Shown: one piece after another, positions 26,797 through 34,839 of the stretch | How the letters are laid out: the number at the start of each line of letters is the position of its first letter | Position numbering within the stretch: the first letter of the stretch is position 1 | Virus record (IMG/VR): IMGVR_UViG_3300024287_000003 | Coordinates: 1-40,117 of that record | Origin: a virus | Lineage: Duplodnaviria; Caudoviricetes | Reading direction: 5' to 3' (one strand) | DNA length: 40,117 nucleotides | Notes under the pieces: model-generated | Databases searched by the model: none | Told to the model about the DNA's origin: nothing | What the model saw: the letters and a program-made list of their open reading frames with translations, nothing else | Made by a program: the position numbers and the translations under genes

Positions 26797-26880
26797 GATA
26801 TAATTGATTTGCGGATAGGGGGCACCTGAAAAGCGTCTAGTCAACGCCTTCCGCAACCTTTCTTGACTACCTTGACCGGA
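26796..26880 (+). promoter_or_regulatory. Extended -10 promoter and structured leader of the HNH gene
   Basis: TGaTATAAT; GCGGAtAGG/CCTTCCGC stem; GCGT/ACGC hairpin whose TAGTCAA segment complements TTGACTA downstream. Confidence 0.55.
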
Positions 26881-26888
26881 GCTCAATT

Positions 26889-27377
26889 ATGCTTACTCAA
26901 GCTCGTTTACTCGAAATTCTGCAATACAATCCAGATACAGGTATATTCACTTGGATCAAGTCACCGCGAAAAGGATGGATAGGTAAAGAAGCGGCGACAA
27001 ATACATCAAAAAGATACCTGGAAATACGTATTGATGGGATACTGTACAAGGCTCATCGTTGCGCATGGCTATATATTCACGGTTTCATGCCTAAAAATGA
27101 AATAGATCATATAGACCAGAACACACACAATAATAGAATAGATAATTTACGAGAAGCAACGAGGTTTGATAATACCCACAACACAAGAACGCCGACAACA
27201 AACACTAGCGGAATTAAAGGCGTATATTGGTTGAAGAAAAATAAAAAATGGGTGGGGCAGGTCGCACATAATGGTGTCCAACACTACTTAGGTTTATTTT
27301 CTGAGATAGAACAAGCTGAACAAGCCGTTCGCCTCAAGCGCTTAGAGCTTCATAAAGAATTTGCAAACCACGGATGA
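26889..27377 (+). CDS. HNH homing endonuclease with an AP2-like C-terminal domain
   Basis: LQYNPDTGIFTW, AHRCAW, IDHIDQNTHNNRIDNLREAT and NTSGIKGV..YLGLF. Confidence 0.92.
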   Translation: MLTQARLLEILQYNPDTGIFTWIKSPRKGWIGKEAATNTSKRYLEIRIDGILYKAHRCAWLYIHGFMPKNEIDHIDQNTHNNRIDNLREATRFDNTHNTRTPTTNTSGIKGVYWLKKNKKWVGQVAHNGVQHYLGLFSEIEQAEQAVRLKRLELHKEFANHG

Positions 27378-27442
27378 TCTGCTACACTTAAAGCAACCGG
27401 CTACACCGCGAAGAATGCCGACCCAAGGCCGAGCGGTGGGAG

Positions 27443-27477
27443 TAGGCCGGGACTAAAAACCCCGGCCTATTTTTTTA
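27443..27477 (+). terminator. Terminator or attenuator directly upstream of the micro-peptide RBS
   Basis: TAGGCCGGG-actaaaaac-CCCGGCCTA followed by T8. Confidence 0.8.
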
Positions 27478-27489
27478 TTAGGAGGAAAT

Positions 27490-27597
27490 ATGTTTTTCAA
27501 TCCGTTTTTTACGTTTATTCCGTTTCAGTTTTCCCGTTGCTGCCCTCTACCGGTTTGTTGTCCACCTAGGCCGCGATGTGGATGCGGTTGTCATTAA
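27490..27597 (+). CDS. Cys/Pro/Phe-rich micro-peptide (35 aa)
   Basis: AGGAGG RBS; MFFNPFFTFIPFQFSRCCPLPVCCPPRPRCGCGCH; a terminator follows immediately. Confidence 0.7.
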   Translation: MFFNPFFTFIPFQFSRCCPLPVCCPPRPRCGCGCH

Positions 27598-27619
27598 AAA
27601 AGCCCCTTTCGGGGCTTTT
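27596..27619. terminator. Bidirectional terminator
   Basis: AAAAAAGCCCC-tttc-GGGGCTTTT between convergent genes. Confidence 0.88.
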
Positions 27620-27621
27620 AT

Positions 27622-27873
27622 TCAAAAAAGTTTGAATCCAAAGATTGATTCGAACAATCCATGATTTTCTTGTCTATATGGCGCGTTCAATTTATCAAGC
27701 ATATTCTTGATTTCTATTTCAGCCTGCCTTCTCGCTTCTTTTCTTTCTTTTCTCAGCACTTCCGTTAGAAAATAATCCTCCAACGACCTTTTCTTCTCCT
27801 CTATTTTTTTGACCCTTTCGGATCGTATATGACGCAGGTATGCTACACGTTCTGGGCCGCGCGCAGGCATCAT
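27622..27873 (-). CDS. Hypothetical charged helical protein
   Basis: 83-aa ORF, last gene of the leftward operon. Confidence 0.6.
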   Translation of the reverse strand: MMPARGPERVAYLRHIRSERVKKIEEKKRSLEDYFLTEVLRKERKEARRQAEIEIKNMLDKLNAPYRQENHGLFESIFGFKLF

Positions 27874-27875
27874 TT

Positions 27876-28079
27876 TTATTCTTTAGTGAATTTATCAGCA
27901 AACTCGCGAATAGCCGCACGACCAGCATCCGTTGCCGCCCATCGTTCAAACCTACCAGGCCCATCAGCCACCAATGCAGAAACGGCAACCTGCTGCTCTG
28001 GCGTAAGCGCTGATCCAACAGCCATTTTTAATCTATCGGCCATAGTAATGGTCCCAGCCAATTTTTCCAAGACATTCAT
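27876..28079 (-). CDS. Hypothetical protein, paralogous to the C-terminus of 28076..28438
   Basis: AGGAG RBS; ALTPEQQVAVSALVADGPGRFERWAATD. Confidence 0.75.
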   Translation of the reverse strand: MNVLEKLAGTITMADRLKMAVGSALTPEQQVAVSALVADGPGRFERWAATDAGRAAIREFADKFTKE

Positions 28080-28438
28080 TTTATATTCTCCTTGATCGTT
28101 TCCCACAGCAATTGTGCAATCGGGTCAAGCTTTTCAGTCGCCATTAGATCACCGAATCCAGGTGCTCCAAGTGAAACATAGGCCGTGAATGCGGCAAAGT
28201 CTTCGGCAGGCAATGCGCGCTGGAAGATGGTATCAAACTGCGATAGAGGATTTGCTGCGGCCTGCACAGTGCGCGCCAGTGATGCATCAATCATGGTCTG
28301 AACGTCCAGCGCAGTGGTAAATTGAGGCGTTTTAGGCATCAACATGGGAACCCTATTTTGATGAGGATTCAACGGCCCCCCTGGCTGCAACATCGCCTCT
28401 AATTCTTCCATTGACTTAGGCTGTATATATGGATTCAT
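28076..28438 (-). CDS. Hypothetical protein
   Basis: 120 aa; ALPAEDFAAFTAYVSLGAPGFGDLMATE. Confidence 0.75.
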   Translation of the reverse strand: MNPYIQPKSMEELEAMLQPGGPLNPHQNRVPMLMPKTPQFTTALDVQTMIDASLARTVQAAANPLSQFDTIFQRALPAEDFAAFTAYVSLGAPGFGDLMATEKLDPIAQLLWETIKENIK

Positions 28439-28884
28439 CGATGTTCCTTCGATAGCAAGCTATTTGCCCGTTCATAATCACCAATGTGGAACCCGTGATC
28501 TGGATCTGGTTGCACTAGAAATTTTTGTTGCGCTGCGCTATAGCCTTCGTTCTTGTCGTCAATAATAACATAAAGACCATCAAAATCGTTCGATTCCTCC
28601 CATCCCATTATCAACTTGCCACGCGGAAAATTGGCATCTGAAACCTTGTCAATTATTGCTCGACTGATTCGCTTACCGGAACATTGCCTGAGCATCGAAC
28701 GAAGATACTCTACACTCTCTGCAATGCGGCGATTGGAAATAATGACAACACACGCAGAATGATTATTGATGAGTTTTTTCAGAAGACCGCATGAAACAGC
28801 ATCAAACTCATCATCATTGCCAAATGCCTCGATAGAGCTTCGGCTATTCAAAACCTTGTCAATATCGAGATAGATGATTTTCAT
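28435..28884 (-). CDS. HAD-superfamily protein (Swiss-Army-Knife RNA-repair-type HAD)
   Basis: IIYLDIDKVLN, VVIISNRR and YVIIDD motifs. Confidence 0.8.
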   Translation of the reverse strand: MKIIYLDIDKVLNSRSSIEAFGNDDEFDAVSCGLLKKLINNHSACVVIISNRRIAESVEYLRSMLRQCSGKRISRAIIDKVSDANFPRGKLIMGWEESNDFDGLYVIIDDKNEGYSAAQQKFLVQPDPDHGFHIGDYERANSLLSKEHR

Positions 28885-29051
28885 TATTCAACTGCCTCAT
28901 AAACCCGATATTCTCCGCCATCTTCATCCATGAATCGCCTCATGGCCTTTTCTGCCATTTCTCTAATAGGAAATGGACCAGCAACCTTGAACCAGCCAAG
29001 ATTGTCTCTGGATTGGACTTCCCATCCCGTGTGATTGTCTGCTAGACGCAT
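28884..29051 (-). CDS. Hypothetical protein (55 aa, MRLADNHTGWEVQ...)
   Basis: Translated by hand; couples to both neighbours. Confidence 0.55.
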   Translation of the reverse strand: MRLADNHTGWEVQSRDNLGWFKVAGPFPIREMAEKAMRRFMDEDGGEYRVYEAVE

Positions 29052-29380
29052 GGCTTATACTCCCCAAAAAATGCTTCGACAAGCCAATCCCGAATTGGAG
29101 GCTCTTTAATCAATTCTTTTTGTCTTGGTCGTTCCTGGGCGATCACATACATTTGATTCGGAACACCATTAACGCTCGTTCTACGGCCTTTTTGAAGAAT
29201 ACCGTATTTCGTCATTTCTTGGATATATTTTTCAACGCTACGGCGACTGAGCGCGATTTGGTTGCAGATGAAAGTCACGCAAGATTCGCCATTCTCGATA
29301 ATTTCCTCGATTTCGGCCATCCATTCTTCTTTGCTTCTTGGTTCGTTCATTTTTAACGTTGGCATTTTCAAATCAGTCAT
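29042..29380 (-). CDS. Putative winged-HTH DNA-binding protein
   Basis: VTFICNQIALSRRSVEKYIQEMTKYGIL. Confidence 0.6.
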   Translation of the reverse strand: MTDLKMPTLKMNEPRSKEEWMAEIEEIIENGESCVTFICNQIALSRRSVEKYIQEMTKYGILQKGRRTSVNGVPNQMYVIAQERPRQKELIKEPPIRDWLVEAFFGEYKPCV

Positions 29381-29600
29381 TTCTCAGCTCCTTTTCAATA
29401 ATTGGAAGCCAATGCCGAATCCATATAACATCGGCCTTCTGGTAATTATGAAGTTTCTTAATGCACTTACGAACGCAACGCATAAAAAGCTCGTTATCGT
29501 GCTTGATGGTGGCAAGATAGTCTGCTAACGCTATGCGGTCGTTCTCAGTAACGGTTGCATCTGGTACAGATATCCGCCTTTTCAGGGGCGGGGTTTCCAT
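29373..29600 (-). CDS. Hypothetical protein
   Basis: 75-aa ORF overlapping the next gene. Confidence 0.6.
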   Translation of the reverse strand: METPPLKRRISVPDATVTENDRIALADYLATIKHDNELFMRCVRKCIKKLHNYQKADVIWIRHWLPIIEKELRND

Positions 29601-29676
29601 TTTCTATTTTTTAAATATAGCCTCGTGAAGCGCCTTGAACTTGGCAATCAAACGCAAGTGCTCTGCGCGCATTTGT

Positions 29677-29865
29677 TCAGTGGTCATAGCAGCCCCCTTC
29701 AATTCTCCGAATTGCATTAGCCAGGACAAGCGCCCTCTCAAGATGAGCTTTTTCGGCGCGCAGGGTGATAAGTTCTTCTTCCATCTTCTCTACGTCCTTG
29801 AAACTGACCCACTCACAGTTAGAGAGCGATGTCATGTTGGGAATGTCGAATTTCCAGCGTTTCAT
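29677..29865 (-). CDS. Hypothetical coiled-coil protein
   Basis: MKRWKFDIP...EWVSFKDVEK; GGAG RBS. Confidence 0.55.
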   Translation of the reverse strand: MKRWKFDIPNMTSLSNCEWVSFKDVEKMEEELITLRAEKAHLERALVLANAIRRIEGGCYDH

Positions 29866-29894
29866 GGGAGTTCTCCGGTTAGGTGCTACAACCC

Positions 29895-29940
29895 ATCTTA
29901 GTATCATGCCGAAGCTAAGTACAATTGATTATTACTATCG
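29895..29940 (-). promoter_or_regulatory. Phage-specific promoter box, copy 2
   Basis: Minus strand reads CGATAGTAATAATCAATTGTAC, then 18 bp, then TAAGAT. Confidence 0.6.
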
Positions 29941-31649
29941 GCATCGTAATAACGATTTACAATTTCGAAGTATTTGCTGCCTTTGCGCTTTTTGACCATC
30001 AGCCGTGTGGGGATCTTCAACGTCTTTGCCACTAGCACAGCTCCCTCAACCGTGTTAGCCGAACAACCTGTTTGTTGGCACCATTTGTTCCATGTCCACA
30101 TGGAGGGTTTCATGAATTCATCTATGGGCCATGTCCGATCGCCGTCTGTGACGCTATAGCTGACGCGTAGGGACTCGCTATCTCCTTTGAAGTGTTGGCG
30201 CAGGGTCATGCTGATGACGGCCACCTGGAAAGCGATGCCGGCACCAATTGCTGGGTTTCGAGTTAGGCGGTCGTTAGGATTTATCAGCTCGGCCTCACAT
30301 TTATAGCAATGCCGTGCCGATGGTGAATTCTGAGTGTCGCACTCGTTACACATTTTCCAGATATACCGGTAGGAGCATCTAACGCCATCAGGAGTCACAC
30401 CGCAGCACCTTTGCGCTGTATGCTTGTTGGGAGTCTGGCATTCTGGACAGTCTATGCTAAAGAATTCATCATCTGCGTCTTGAGCGTTCTTTGCTGCAAC
30501 AAGGCCTGTTATAGTAAGATCGTCATCAAGTGAAAATCGTTCTAAATTCTGCCCAAAATCAAGCAAAAGACAGTCATTTTTTCCTCGATACGATGAATGT
30601 AGCCAGTTCATATCTCCTGGCGGCAAACTCCATTGATCGTCCCATAGCCTGCATCCCCTACCCATAGCTTGGAGTAGCAATCGGATAGATTCTGTTGCTC
30701 GCATGAAAACCACAGTATCAACAATTGGTATATCAGTGCCGACTGAAAGCGCATTGACAGTTACCAGATATCGCCATTCCCCACGGCGCGCTTCTTCGAT
30801 ACTGTCCTTGCGAAGCGTCTTGCCCGTCTTTCCAGTTATAAGCACTCCCTCGCCATCTGGAAGATAAGAAAGAACCTCCTGAGCGTGCTTAATGCTTGCC
30901 GTAAAGATGATTGCGCAACGGCGATTGTCGTCCTTCATGATATCAATCATGTCAGCAATAATTGAGCGGCTAAGGCGCTCTTTGTTCAGGGTTGCATCAT
31001 CAACCTCTGATTGCTTGAATCGACCGCCAGTTAGCTTTAGCTTCGCCAAGTCGTAATGCTCTTTGGTAAATCCTAGGCGATACTTTACGACCCATCCTAG
31101 CTCGCTTAAAACATGATGTGGCAACTCATGAATAACATGCTGGAATGTTTGGTCAGGCCCTATCAATTTCTCTTTTCCGCGTACTGGTACGGCATCAAGA
31201 CCAAGAATGCGCAACTTCGGATTCTTTCTGCGAAGGTGCGCAATGATCCGCTGGTAGGTTGTCTGTTCGTCGTCTGACACGCCCGCGCATTCGTCAATGA
31301 TCAATAAAGCGTATTCATCATTAAACTCTTCCAGGGCATTTACAACACTCCCTGGGGTTCCGAAAATGACACTATGCCCTGTGGCCTTGGAATTTAAACT
31401 GGCGCTAAAGATCGAACAATATTCACCAGTTGCGCGATACTTCTTTGCGCTCTCAGATACAAGATCCCCGTTAGGTGCAAGGCAAAGCACACGTTTACCA
31501 GCCGATGCAACCACCTTGGCGATGATGGTAGTTATCACTGATTTCCCGCCAGCCGTAGTTACTACTAGAACCCCTGGCTCTGCTGTTGCGCGCATGTGGG
31601 CGATTGCTTTGTCGCCACATTCTTGCTGGTAACTTCTTGGAATCAACAT
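29904..31649 (-). CDS. SF2 DEAD/DEAH-type DNA helicase with C-terminal Zn fingers (RadD/YejH-like)
   Basis: PRSYQ Q-motif, TAGGKS, IIDECA, QAMGRGCR and CxxC pairs. Confidence 0.9.
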   Translation of the reverse strand: MLIPRSYQQECGDKAIAHMRATAEPGVLVVTTAGGKSVITTIIAKVVASAGKRVLCLAPNGDLVSESAKKYRATGEYCSIFSASLNSKATGHSVIFGTPGSVVNALEEFNDEYALLIIDECAGVSDDEQTTYQRIIAHLRRKNPKLRILGLDAVPVRGKEKLIGPDQTFQHVIHELPHHVLSELGWVVKYRLGFTKEHYDLAKLKLTGGRFKQSEVDDATLNKERLSRSIIADMIDIMKDDNRRCAIIFTASIKHAQEVLSYLPDGEGVLITGKTGKTLRKDSIEEARRGEWRYLVTVNALSVGTDIPIVDTVVFMRATESIRLLLQAMGRGCRLWDDQWSLPPGDMNWLHSSYRGKNDCLLLDFGQNLERFSLDDDLTITGLVAAKNAQDADDEFFSIDCPECQTPNKHTAQRCCGVTPDGVRCSYRYIWKMCNECDTQNSPSARHCYKCEAELINPNDRLTRNPAIGAGIAFQVAVISMTLRQHFKGDSESLRVSYSVTDGDRTWPIDEFMKPSMWTWNKWCQQTGCSANTVEGAVLVAKTLKIPTRLMVKKRKGSKYFEIVNRYYDADSNNQLYLASA

Positions 31650-32605
31650 ATCGTCAAATCCTTCGACTGAACAAAATCAAATCCATTCGTAAGCTCTGAT
31701 TTGTCGGGCTTAATGTAAATCACCGCTCGCTGCTGCGGCAAAAATTCTTTTGGCTCCCATCCATACAATTCTTGCATTGCGTACGGGTTGAAACTGTGAT
31801 GGTCGCAATGGCCTTCTCCTGGAAGTTGGTTGTTAGCTGTTCGCTGCTCTGGCGTCCCTTCTTTCTGGATCTTGCTGCATCCAAATGTCCCGAACTCTGG
31901 ATGCTTGGTGGCGCTGGTGCAGGATCGGCAGTTGACGCGGGGTTTATCAAATCCCCAGCATACATCGCGCGCATGGCAAAACTTGCAAGCAAATGCCGTA
32001 GGCTTGTTGGTAATCCGCTCAGGCGGCTTGTCTGCCATGGTCACGTATTCAGCCTTCTCTCTCAAGGCTGAAGCCTTTGCCCTTTCAATCGGGATGATGT
32101 CGCAGAACAGTTCATCCGTATTCTTGTTGACAACCAGGTATAGGCCGTAATCACATTCGAACTCATCGCCGTTGATTTGGATTTGGGCGTAGTGAAGTGG
32201 CTTGATAGTTTCCAGCTCACCATGCTTCAATTGCTTGAATGCGCTATCCGATGCGGTTTTGTACTCCAAAACGTACCGCTTACCGTCTTTCTCGGCAATC
32301 CCATCCGCCGCACCACTTGAAAATCGCATTACCCATCGCTTTTGACTATGGCAAGTCTCTACAATTTCAAATCCGATCTGTTCCAGGTACATTTGCATGT
32401 ATGGTTCTTCACGCTGACCTCGGTGGAATAGTCGGAGCATTCTTGCGCTAAATGCCTCTGGCTCAACGTATTTATGGAATTGGAGCCATAGTTTTCTGGC
32501 GCAGGTCTCTCCAATAGAGCTAGCTCCTAGGTAATTTCTTTCGCTTTCATCTTGGATTGGTGGGAGTGATTCGATGGCATCAATCACTTCTTGCGGTGTA
32601 ATCAT
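31643..32605 (-). CDS. PD-(D/E)XK exonuclease (Cas4/YqaJ-like)
   Basis: RNYLGASSIGETCARKLW, GAADG, LEYKT, HYAQIQ and CKFC..RDVC. Confidence 0.88.
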   Translation of the reverse strand: MITPQEVIDAIESLPPIQDESERNYLGASSIGETCARKLWLQFHKYVEPEAFSARMLRLFHRGQREEPYMQMYLEQIGFEIVETCHSQKRWVMRFSSGAADGIAEKDGKRYVLEYKTASDSAFKQLKHGELETIKPLHYAQIQINGDEFECDYGLYLVVNKNTDELFCDIIPIERAKASALREKAEYVTMADKPPERITNKPTAFACKFCHARDVCWGFDKPRVNCRSCTSATKHPEFGTFGCSKIQKEGTPEQRTANNQLPGEGHCDHHSFNPYAMQELYGWEPKEFLPQQRAVIYIKPDKSELTNGFDFVQSKDLTIC

Positions 32606-32615
32606 GTCACTCCTT

Positions 32616-32640
32616 AAAAACCCGGCGCGGGGCCGGGTTT
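32616..32640 (-). terminator. Terminator after the SSB gene
   Basis: AAAAA-CCCGGC-gcggg-GCCGGG-TTT. Confidence 0.65.
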
Positions 32641-32646
32641 GGTTAA

Positions 32647-33165
32647 TTAAAATGGGATTTGGTCGTCGTCCGGATCTTCTTGTTTTGGCTGTGGCTTTTT
32701 GGGGGATGGCTTTGCAGTACCAGCTTTCTCGCCGCGTGCTTCAAAGTTAACAATGAAATTGCCTTTGGGCTCTTTCGTATCCTGGTCTTTCCAAACGTCA
32801 AGAAGGATATCAAGTGGCTTATCAGTAAGTTGAGCAAGACTTCTATCATCCGGCTCGCCATTTGGAAGTTTGACCTTGCAGATTCCATATAACTTGACGA
32901 GCTTCTGAATGGCATTATCTCGCGCCTCAGCCTTGTAATATTTGCTGTTAGTCTCATACACTTTCAGCTTCAAGAACGCAACGCGATTCTGCATCGGGCC
33001 AGCTACGACACGTGCCTTTATGTTGATGTAACGATCGTCCTCCCATTCCTTGTTTGCCACTTCTTCTAGCATGCATGTATACCAATCCTTTACCAATGGG
33101 TCCATGCTGTTTTCTTTTACGTCGCCGGTTGCTTGCTCGCCATTCGATTGGGTCCAAAAGCTCAT
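32647..33165 (-). CDS. Single-stranded DNA-binding protein (DUF669-like)
   Basis: Acidic DDDQIPF C-terminal tail; follows the Sak4-like gene. Confidence 0.8.
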   Translation of the reverse strand: MSFWTQSNGEQATGDVKENSMDPLVKDWYTCMLEEVANKEWEDDRYINIKARVVAGPMQNRVAFLKLKVYETNSKYYKAEARDNAIQKLVKLYGICKVKLPNGEPDDRSLAQLTDKPLDILLDVWKDQDTKEPKGNFIVNFEARGEKAGTAKPSPKKPQPKQEDPDDDQIPF

Positions 33166-33167
33166 TT

Positions 33168-33995
33168 TTATTTTCCTTGGTTAAAGTATGGGATCAATGC
33201 CAGAAGAGGATTTTCACCCAATGGCACTGCAATTTCGGAATCCATGGGATAGCGCGATTTAGCATTGACATATCCAACTTTGCCATCGCCCGATGTGACA
33301 AGAATGCGATCACCCGTTTGCACGATCTTGCCGAACTTCGTTGTCTGTCCCTTCTTATCGACTGCACCGCCCTTGACAAATTCGTCTTGACGAAGGTAAT
33401 ACACTCCATCTACAAGAGCCACATACGAGGCGATAGAGCCGTCATGCATATCCAGCGAATACACCGTGTATTCGTCCGCATCTGGCCGTCCCTTGATTTT
33501 TTTGATTCCAGCATGGGCCAGGAAAACGATGGTCATGCCTTTTTTGTTGCGCAGATAGTCGCATGCTGCCTTTACCTCAGCGTGCATTTCCTTGACTACC
33601 AAGAATCCCTTGCCGTAACCGCCAGCAGCTTCGCCAATGTTGTCAACGCCGTATTGCTCGCAGACTTCATGTTCAAAGAGCGCATGCAAGCTAGTGACTG
33701 AATCAATCACAAGTGTCTGAAAATCATGCTCTTGCGTGGCAAGGCTGCGAAGTTGCTCAACCAATGTTTCTTTGGTGCTGACCTTGGTTTTCGCATCCGA
33801 ACGCGGAAGCGCAGGAAAGACAATGGGTTTTGCTTCTTCTTCCCAACTATCAAACACGCTTGCGCCATCCTCGGCCTGCACGAAGATAGGATTTGGAAAA
33901 AGCGCGGCCAGAGTGGATTTACCAACGCCAGGAGTACCAACGATGGTAATTTGCGGCGGCTTACTTAGAGGCTTTGTCAGACTTGAAAGATCCAT
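33168..33995 (-). CDS. Sak4-like recombinase ATPase (AAA_24)
   Basis: GTPGVGKST, LVIDSVT, GGYGKGF and AKSRY motifs. Confidence 0.88.
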   Translation of the reverse strand: MDLSSLTKPLSKPPQITIVGTPGVGKSTLAALFPNPIFVQAEDGASVFDSWEEEAKPIVFPALPRSDAKTKVSTKETLVEQLRSLATQEHDFQTLVIDSVTSLHALFEHEVCEQYGVDNIGEAAGGYGKGFLVVKEMHAEVKAACDYLRNKKGMTIVFLAHAGIKKIKGRPDADEYTVYSLDMHDGSIASYVALVDGVYYLRQDEFVKGGAVDKKGQTTKFGKIVQTGDRILVTSGDGKVGYVNAKSRYPMDSEIAVPLGENPLLALIPYFNQGK

Positions 33996-33996
33996 A

Positions 33997-34365
33997 TCAT
34001 TCTCCAATCTTAATGCTTGGTTTTGCAGGACTCGTGGTTACAATCTCCGCCAACTGCTTACGAAGCGTCGGAGAGCCCGATTTCATGACTGCCTCATAGT
34101 CCTTTTGTCGCAGCGTGTAGGAATAGATGCGATTGATCGGCATGTCCTCGGTCCAGACAGCATTGAGAGCATTCTTGTCCAGGCGTACGTTTTCTTTAGT
34201 AGAAATGGTCACCTTCTGGCCATACAGATCATAAGTTTTTTGGCCGAGTTTGGTATGCTTGACCTCGGCGATGATCTGGTTCATCAGGGACAACTCTTGC
34301 TGTTCAAGAGCTGCCATCTTGTTGCGGACGTCTTGGAGGGATTGGATGGAGTTAGTCATATCCAA
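33997..34365 (-). CDS. Hypothetical protein of the recombination module
   Basis: 122 aa, ending TTSPAKPSIKI; upstream of Sak4. Confidence 0.75.
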   Translation of the reverse strand: MDMTNSIQSLQDVRNKMAALEQQELSLMNQIIAEVKHTKLGQKTYDLYGQKVTISTKENVRLDKNALNAVWTEDMPINRIYSYTLRQKDYEAVMKSGSPTLRKQLAEIVTTSPAKPSIKIGE

Positions 34366-34435
34366 ATTCCTTAATTACACTATGCATCATGCACCTCACA
34401 TGGTTTGTTGCTGCCTCTCGTTAGGCAGTGATGGC

Positions 34436-34530
34436 ATTGTGGGTATGATCAAATCATGAGTCCAATTGATTTTTACTAATGATCCGATAGTTACAATCAA
34501 TTGGTAGTTGCTGGCATGACGTGCCATCAT
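34436..34530. promoter_or_regulatory. Divergent promoter pair built from two back-to-back phage-specific boxes (copies 3 and 4)
   Basis: Inverted boxes at 34462-34480 and 34486-34504; -10-like CACAAT (minus strand) and CATCAT (plus strand), each 18 bp after TTGGNN. Confidence 0.65.
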
Positions 34531-34556
34531 TGCCTCACCAACTAGGAGGAAACACC

Positions 34557-34730
34557 ATGAAATGCGAAAACTGTAACGGAACAGGCTACACATCGAGTGG
34601 GTATCTTGACTGTACGATGTGTGATGCGGCAACGGAACGTGCCAGGCTGAGTGAGACAATCGGCGCTGAGGTTGATGATAATGCTTGGCTTTGCTACCAA
34701 ATTGGTAGGTGCAACCATGATCCGCACTAA
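34557..34730 (+). CDS. Small Zn-finger protein
   Basis: AGGAGG RBS; CENCNGTG..CTMC. Confidence 0.7.
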   Translation: MKCENCNGTGYTSSGYLDCTMCDAATERARLSETIGAEVDDNAWLCYQIGRCNHDPH

Positions 34731-34839
34731 CTACCCCCGAACTCTGCAAGAAGCCTTTGGCCCATATGAGTACTGGAACCCAGAGCCAGATCCAATCTGG
34801 TATGTAATCTCACGATTTTTATGGAGTTTGATATTATGA
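34717..34839 (+). CDS. Hypothetical protein (40 aa)
   Basis: MIRTNYPRTLQEAFGPY; overlaps both neighbours. Confidence 0.55.
   Translation: MIRTNYPRTLQEAFGPYEYWNPEPDPIWYVISRFLWSLIL

Noticed and set aside
31643-32605. CRISPR-Cas system suggested by the Cas4-like nuclease
   Set aside because: No repeat-spacer array or other cas genes were seen; the context is a Sak4/SSB recombination module.
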